NCBI GenBank assembly: GCA_965655095.1
Contig: OZ296656.1
Coordinates: 51,832,001-51,896,000 of the forward strand
Direction of reading: 5' to 3'
DNA length: 64,000 nt
Source: Haplodiscus bocki
Lineage: Eukaryota
How positions within the stretch are numbered: position 1 is the first letter of the stretch; each line of letters begins with the position of its first letter. Shown here piece by piece: positions 57,401 to 64,000 of this stretch. A model generated the notes under the pieces. That model was not told the origin of the DNA, did no database searches, and saw nothing but the letters and a program-made list of their open reading frames with translations. The translations under genes were made by a program, and so were the position numbers.

Positions 57401-60400
57401 GCTGATCTATCTTTTGCCGCTGAGACAAAAGAGGAGAAACGTTTGGACAAAGAGTAATAAATTCGTTAGTTATGGACCTAGTCATCTCATTACCACCTCG
57501 CTGATACTAAAAATGTACCGTCCCAGTGAATGGTGCTTGGAGTGTTCTGTTGAAGGTTAATCATGCAAAGGATATCCAGAAAAAATGAGTCGTTTTTAAG
57601 TAAACGGATCTAAAATGTTTTTATATTCCAGGACCTCCACCCATGGGCCAATTATTCATATGAAAAACTTCTAGGTCTTTAATATACAAAATTCCAGGCC
57701 CAAAGATCACAATATGGTTCGTTAAATTGATCTTCCCAGATAACGTTGCGCACGCCATCATCATAATATGATACTCTACGAAATTTTTTCCAGCCTGGCT
57801 GAATTGGCAGCAGAAAAAAACTTTTACGATTTTTTCCATGTGCAGCACAGCAACTTCTGAAACTTTTTGTTTGGTTTGACGCAGTTGTAATTTACAAGTG
57901 AAGGTGATTTGATTGGGCAAAAGAAACAAAGCCTGAGTTGGAACAGCAAAAGACTTTTTTCGGTTGATTTTTTAATAGAAAAAGAATAGGAGTTGCGTAA
58001 AAACGAACGTGCACCAATTTAGAGTTCTTAAGACAATAAGCTCTCGACACTAGGTGGAACAATCACTTGCTGACCATTTGTGCAAAGTTACAATAACATG
58101 AGGCAAGTTGTTTGTGATAAGACAGAAAGTCGTGCTTCGTAATAAACTGGCATTTCCACTTCAAAGACATCAAAGCTACGCGCTTGGCAGGGCTGAAAAA
58201 TCGAAGCATTGAAAAGCTGAAAAAAATGGAGAAAAACCTTGCACCTGGAAAAATAGCTAAACGTACTACGACTCGGTAAATTTTCTCCATTTTTGTCAAA
58301 CTTGGGCATAATGCAACTCGATGACTCCCAGTACCACTAGCACTAACAGCACGGCTTCCGAGAGACTGATCGCTGATCTATCTTTTGCCGCTGAGACAAA
58401 AGAGGAGAAACGTTTGGACAAAGAGTAATACATTCGTTAGTTATGGACCTAGTCATCTCATTACCACCTCGCTGATACTAAAAATGTACCGTCCCAGTGA
58501 ATGGTGCTTGGAGTGTTCTGTTGAAGGTTAATCATGCAAAGGATATCCAGAAAAAATAAGTCGTTTTCAAGTAAACAGATCGAAAATGTTTTTATATTCC
58601 AGGACCTCCACCCATGGGCCAATTATTCATATGAAAAACTTCTAGGTCTTTAATATACAAAATTCCAGGCCCAAAGATCACAATATGGGTCGTTAAATTG
58701 ATCTTCCCAGATAACGTTGCGCACGCCATCATCATAATATGATACTCCACGAAATTTTTTCTAGCCTGGCTGAATTGGCATCAGAAAAAAACTTTTACGA
58801 TTTTTTCCATGTGCAGCACAGCAACTTCTCAAGCTTATTGTCTGGTTTGACGCAGGTGTAATTTACAAGTGGAGGTGATTTGCTTGGGCAAAAGATAATG
58901 TTTGAGTTGGAACAGCAGAAGACTTTTTTCGAATGATTTTATAATGGAAAAAAGGATAGGAGTTGCGTAAAAACGAACTTGCACCAATAGAGAGTTCCAA
59001 AGACAGCAAGCTCTCGACACTGTAGGTGGAACAATCACTTGCTGATCATTGTCTGCAAAGTTACATTAACAAGAAACGAGTTGTTTGTGATAAGACAGAA
59101 AGTCGTGCTTCGTAATAAGCTGGAATTAACACTTCGAAGAGATCAAAACCACGCAATTTGCAGGGCTGAAAAATCGAAGCATTGAAAAGCTGAAAAAAAG
59201 GAGAAAAACCTTGCACCTGGAAAAACAGCTAAACGTACTACGACTCGGTAAATTTTCTCCATTTTTGTCAAACTTGGGCATAATGCAACTCGATGACTCC
59301 CAGTACCACTAGCAGTAACAGCACGGCTTCCGAGAGACTGATCGCTGATCTATCTTTTGCCGCTGAGACAAAAGAGGAGAAACGTTTGGACAAAGAGTAA
59401 TAAATTCGTTAGTTATGGACCTAGTCATCTCATTACCACCTCGCTGATACTAAAAATGTACCGTCCCAGTGAATGGTGCTTGGAGTGTTCTGTTGAAGGT
59501 TAATCATGCAAAGGATATCCAGAAAAAATGAGTCGTTTTTAAGTAAACGGATCTAAAATGTTTTTATATTCCAGGACCTCCACCCATGGGCCAATTATTC
59601 ATATGAAAAACTTCTAGGTCTTTAATATACAAAATTCCAGGCCCAAAGATCACAATATGGTTCGTTAAATTGATCTTCCCAGATAACGTTGCGCACGCCA
59701 TCATCATAATATGATACTCTACGAAATTTTTTCCAGCCTGGCTGAATTGGCAGCAGAAAAAAACTTTTACGATTTTTTCCATGTGCAGCACAGCAACTTC
59801 TGAAACTTTTTGTTTGGTTTGACGCAGTTGTAATTTACAAGTGAAGGTGATTTGATTGGGCAAAAGAAACAAAGCCTGAGTTGGAACAGCAAAAGACTTT
59901 TTTCGGTTGATTTTTTAATAGAAAAAGAATAGGAGTTGCGTAAAAACGAACGTGCACCAATTTAGAGTTCTTAAGACAGTAAGCTCTCGACACTAGGTGG
60001 AACAATCACTTGCTGACCATTTGTGCAAAGTTACAATAACATGAGGCAAGTTGTTTGTGATAAGACAGAAAGTCGTGCTTCGTAATAAACTGGCATTTCC
60101 ACTTCAAAGACATCAAAGCTACGCGCTTGGCAGGGCTGAAAAATCGAAGCATTGAAAAGCTGAAAAAAATGGAGAAAAACCTTGCACCTGGAAAAATAGC
60201 TAAACGTACTACGACTCGGTAAATTTTCTCCATTTTTGTCAAACTTGGGCATAATGCAACTCGATGACTCCCAGTACCACTAGCACTAACAGCACGGCTT
60301 CCGAGAGACTGATCGCTGATCTATCTTTTGCCGCTGAGACAAAAGAGGAGAAACGTTTGGACAAAGAGTAATACATTCGTTAGTTATGGACCTAGTCATC

Positions 60401-62690
60401 TCATTACCACCTCGCTGATACTAAAAATGTACCGTCCCAGTGAATGGTGCTTGGAGTGTTCTGTTGAAGGTTAATCATGCAAAGGATATCCAGAAAAAAT
60501 AAGTCGTTTTCAAGTAAACAGATCGAAAATGTTTTTATATTCCAGGACCTCCACCCATGGGCCAATTATTCATATGAAAAACTTCTAGGTCTTTAATATA
60601 CAAAATTCCAGGCCCAAAGATCACAATATGGGTCGTTAAATTGATCTTCCCAGATAACGTTGCGCACGCCATCATCATAATATGATACTCCACGAAATTT
60701 TTTCTAGCCTGGCTGAATTGGCATCAGAAAAAAACTTTTACGATTTTTTCCATGTGCAGCACAGCAACTTCTGAAACTTTTTGTTTGGTTTGACGCAGTT
60801 GTAATTTACAAGTGAAGGTGAATTGGTTGGGCAAAAGATGAAGTTTGAGTTGGAACAGCAGAAGACTTTTTTCGAATGATTTTATAATGGAAAAAAGGAT
60901 AGGAGTTGCGTAAAAACGAACTTGCACCAATAGAGAGTTCCAAAGACAGCAAGCTCTCGACACTGTAGGTGGAACAATCACTTGCTGATCATTGTCTGCA
61001 AAGTTACATTAACAAGAAACGAGTTGTTTGTGATAAGACAAAAAGTCGTGCTTCGTAATAAGCTGGAATTAACACTTCGAAGAGATCAAAACCACGCAAT
61101 TTGCAGGGCTGAAAACTCGAAGCATTGAAAAGCTGAAAAAAAAAGGAGAAAAACCTTGCACCTGGAAAAACAGCTAAACGTACCACGACTCCGTAAATTT
61201 TTCTCCATTTTTGTCAAACTTGGCCATATTGCAAATCGATGACTCCCAGTACCACTAGTTCTAACAGCATGGCTTCCGAGAGACTGATCGCTGATCTATC
61301 TTTTACCGCTGAGACAACAGAGGAGAAACGTTTGGACAAAGAGTAATACATTTGTTAATTATGGACCTAGTCAGCTCATTACCACCTAGCTGATACTAAA
61401 AATGTACCTTCACAGTGAATGGTGTTTGAAGTTTTCTGTTCAAGGTTGATCATGCAAAGGATATCCAGAAAAAATAAGTCGTTTTCAAGTAAACAGATCG
61501 AAAATGTTTTTATATTCCAGGACCTCCACCCATGGGCCAATTATTCATATGAAAAACTTCTAGGTCTTTAATATACAAAATTCCAGGCCCAAAGATCACA
61601 ATATGGGTCGTTAAATTGATCTTCCCAGATAACGTTGCGCACGCCATCATCATAATATGATACTCCACGAAATTTTTTCTAGCCTGGCTGAATTGGCATC
61701 AGAAAAAAACTTTTACGATTTTTTCCATGTGCAGCACAGCAACTTCTGAAACTTTTTGTTTGGTTTGACGCAGTTGTAATTTACAAGTGAAGGTGAATTG
61801 GTTGGGCAAAAGATGAAGTTTGAGTTGGAACAGCAGAAGACTTTTTTCGAATGATTTTATAATGGAAAAAAGGATAGGAGTTGCGTAAAAACGAACTTGC
61901 ACCAATAGAGAGTTCCAAAGACAGCAAGCTCTCGACACTGTAGGTGGAACAATCACTTGCTGATCATTGTCTGCAAAGTTACATTAACAAGAAACGAGTT
62001 GTTTGTGATAAGACAAAAAGTCGTGCTTCGTAATAAGCTGGAATTAACACTTCGAAGAGATCAAAACCACGCAATTTGCAGGGCTGAAAAATCGAAGCAT
62101 TGAAAAGCTGAAAAAAAAAAGGAGAAAAACCTTGCACCTGGAAAAACAGCTAAACGTACCACGACTCCGTAAATTTTTCTCCATTTTTGTCAAACTTGGC
62201 CATATTGCAAATCGATGACTCCCAGTACCACTAGTTCTAACAGCATGGCTTCCGAGAGACTGATCGCTGATCTATCTTTTACCGCTGAGACAACAGAGGA
62301 GAAACGTTTGGACAAAGAGTAATACATTTGTTAATTATGGACCTAGTCAGCTCATTACCACCTAGCTGATACTAAAAATGTACCTTCACAGTGAATGGTG
62401 TTTGAAGTTTTCTGTTCAAGGTTGATCATGCAAAGGATATCCAGAAAAAATAAGTCGTTTTCAAGTAAACAGATCGAAAAAGTTTTTTGATATTCCAGGA
62501 CCTCCACCCATGGGCCAATTATTCATATGAAAAACTTCTAGGTCTTTGTTATACAAAATTCCAGGCCCAAAGATCACAATATGGGTTGTTAAATTGATCT
62601 TCCCAGATAACGTTGCGCACGCCATCATCATAACATGATACTCTACGAAATTTTTTCTAGCCTGGCTGAATTGGCACCAGAAGAAAACTT
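54427..62690 (+). repeat. Homogenised ~971-976-bp monomer block
   Basis: Shared CCAGGACCTCCACCCATGG, GCTGAGACAA and CATGTGCAGCACAG. Identical ORF translations at 54887/60724/61699. Confidence 0.92.
56880..60770 (+). repeat. Dimeric higher-order repeat, 2 x 1943 bp
   Basis: ORF pairs 56892/58835, 57621/59564 and 58063/60006 have identical translations, each offset by 1943. Confidence 0.95.
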
Positions 62691-64000
62691 TTCCGTTGTT
62701 TTTTCCTTGTGAAACACGGCAACTTCTGAAACTTTTGTCTGGTTTTACGCAGGTGTAATTTACGAGTGAAGGTGATTTGTTTGGGCAAAAGAAACAAAGT
62801 CTGAGTTGGAATAGCAGAAGACTTCTTTTTGGTTGATTTTATAATAGAATAGAGGATAGGAGTTGCGTAAAAACAAATTTGCTCCAATTGAGAGTTCCTA
62901 AGGCAGTAAGCTCTCGACACTAGGTGGAACAATCACTTGCTGACCATTTTCTGCAAAGTTACAATAACATGAGGCGAATTGTTTGTGATAAGACAGAAAG
63001 TCGTGCTTCGTAATAAGCTGGCATTTCCACTTTGAAGAGTCACAACTACGCGCTTTGCAGGGCTGAAAAATCGAATCATTGAAAAGCTGAAAAGCAAACG
63101 CAGAAAAGCCTTACAACTGGAAAAAGAGCTAAAGGTACTACGACTGAGTAAACTTTCGTTCAATTTTGTCAAACTTAGCAAAGAGCAAGTCGGTGACTCC
63201 CAGTACCAGTAGCACTAACAGCAGGGTTTCCGAGAAACTAATCTATCGTTTGCCGCTGAAACAACAGAGAATGGTTTAGAAAAAGAGTACTATATTTGTT
63301 AGTTATGGACCAAGTCAGCTCATTGCCACCCCGCTGATACTAAAAAAGTACCTTCCCAGTGAATGGGGATTGAAGTGTTCTGTTGAAGGTTGATCATGCG
63401 AAGTGCATCTGGCAAAAATTAAGTCGTTTTTGAGTGAACAGATCGAAAAAGTTTTGATATTCCAGGATTTTCATCCATGGGCCAATTAATCAAATAAAAA
63501 ATTTCTAGGTCCTTGAAATACAAAACTCCAGGCTGAGAATTCATAATATGGGTCACTAAACTGATCTTCCCAGATAACGTTGAGCACGCTATCATTATAA
63601 AATGTCTCTCTAACAACTTTTTTAAAGCCTGGCTGAAATGGCACAAGAATAAAACTTTTACGATTTTTTCCATGTGAAGCACAGCAACTTCTTGAAACTT
63701 TTTGTCTGGTTTGACGCAGGTGTAATTTACGAGTGAAGGTGATTTGTTTGGGCAAAAGAACGAAAGTTTGAGTTAGAACAGCAGATTTTTTTTCAGTTGA
63801 TTTTATAATAGAAGAAAGGATGAGAGTTGCAGTAAAACGATTTTGCACCAATTGAGAGTCTCAAAGGCAGCAAGCTCTCCACATTCTAGGTCAAACAATC
63901 GTTTGCTGATCAATGTCTGCCGAGTTTCAGTTTAGAAGATCAAGTGTCTCACGGTCAGGCAAAGAAAGAAAAAAGTGGCATTACCACCTTATAGATAAAA

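Larger units (their letters stand above)
1..64000 (+). repeat. Tandem satellite/macrosatellite array, ~0.96-1.0 kb monomer, 67 anchor copies, head-to-tail, running off both window ends
   Basis: The anchor GTGACTCCCAGTA.CAGTAGCACTAACAGC recurs at 834, 1828, 2821, 3815, 4810, 5767, 6765 ... 60264, 61239, 62215, 63193. Other landmarks (CATCCATGGGCC, GATCTTCCCAGATAAC, GAGTGAAGGTGATT, GTAGGTGAAACAATC, CAGGGCTGAAA) recur in the same order in full-length units. ORF-track peptides repeat with the same period. Confidence 0.99.

Noticed and set aside
39-63851. The many 60-190 aa ORFs as functional genes
   Set aside because: They recur with the monomer, overlap in several frames, and change frame and length with homopolymer slippage. 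Differences between subfamilies look largely non-synonymous and no recognisable domain is present.
1-64000. CRISPR array or repeat-spacer system
   Set aside because: The sequence between conserved boxes is homologous from unit to unit rather than unique spacers, the period is ~1 kb, and there are no cas-like ORFs.
1-64000. Transposon or LTR tandem array, or inserted mobile elements
   Set aside because: No terminal inverted repeats, target-site duplications, poly(A) tails or transposase/RT motifs were seen. Every segment I examined maps to the monomer.
1-64000. Alternative genetic code (TAA/TAG=Gln, TGA=Trp) rescuing a full ORF
   Set aside because: Some stops alternate with CAA or TGG between copies, but pervasive frameshifting indels remain. 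Ordinary transition mutations explain the pattern.

Overview
The whole 64-kb window is one uninterrupted head-to-tail tandem array (satellite/macrosatellite) of an AT-rich ~0.96-1.0 kb monomer. I found no intact gene, RNA gene, CRISPR array or inserted transposon. The conserved anchor (G/A)TGACTCCCAGTA(C/G)CAGTAGCACTAACAGCACGGCTTCC occurs 67 times by my count (834, 1828, 2821 ... 62215, 63193), always on the + strand, mostly 960-998 bp apart. A few units are shortened (703, ~890, ~903, 922, 352 and 193 bp). The array is layered: a homogeneous ~994-bp domain (1-14 kb), older variants with dimeric higher-order repeats (periods 1873, ~1950, 1886 and 1943 bp), a mosaic middle (33-47 kb) and a second homogenised ~967-975-bp domain (47-63 kb). 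Patches of ~55-370 bp are shared between monomers 2-30 kb apart, and several rearrangements are bounded by microhomology. The short ORFs in the track simply recur with the monomer. However, on the minus strand several divergent subfamilies give the same protein-like reading path, ending in a hydrophobic tail and stop. The monomer may therefore be an amplified, decayed piece of a secreted or membrane-anchored protein gene; this is inference and I recognise no homologue. A eukaryotic source is likely from the array type, but the lineage cannot be determined. All alignments were done by eye.
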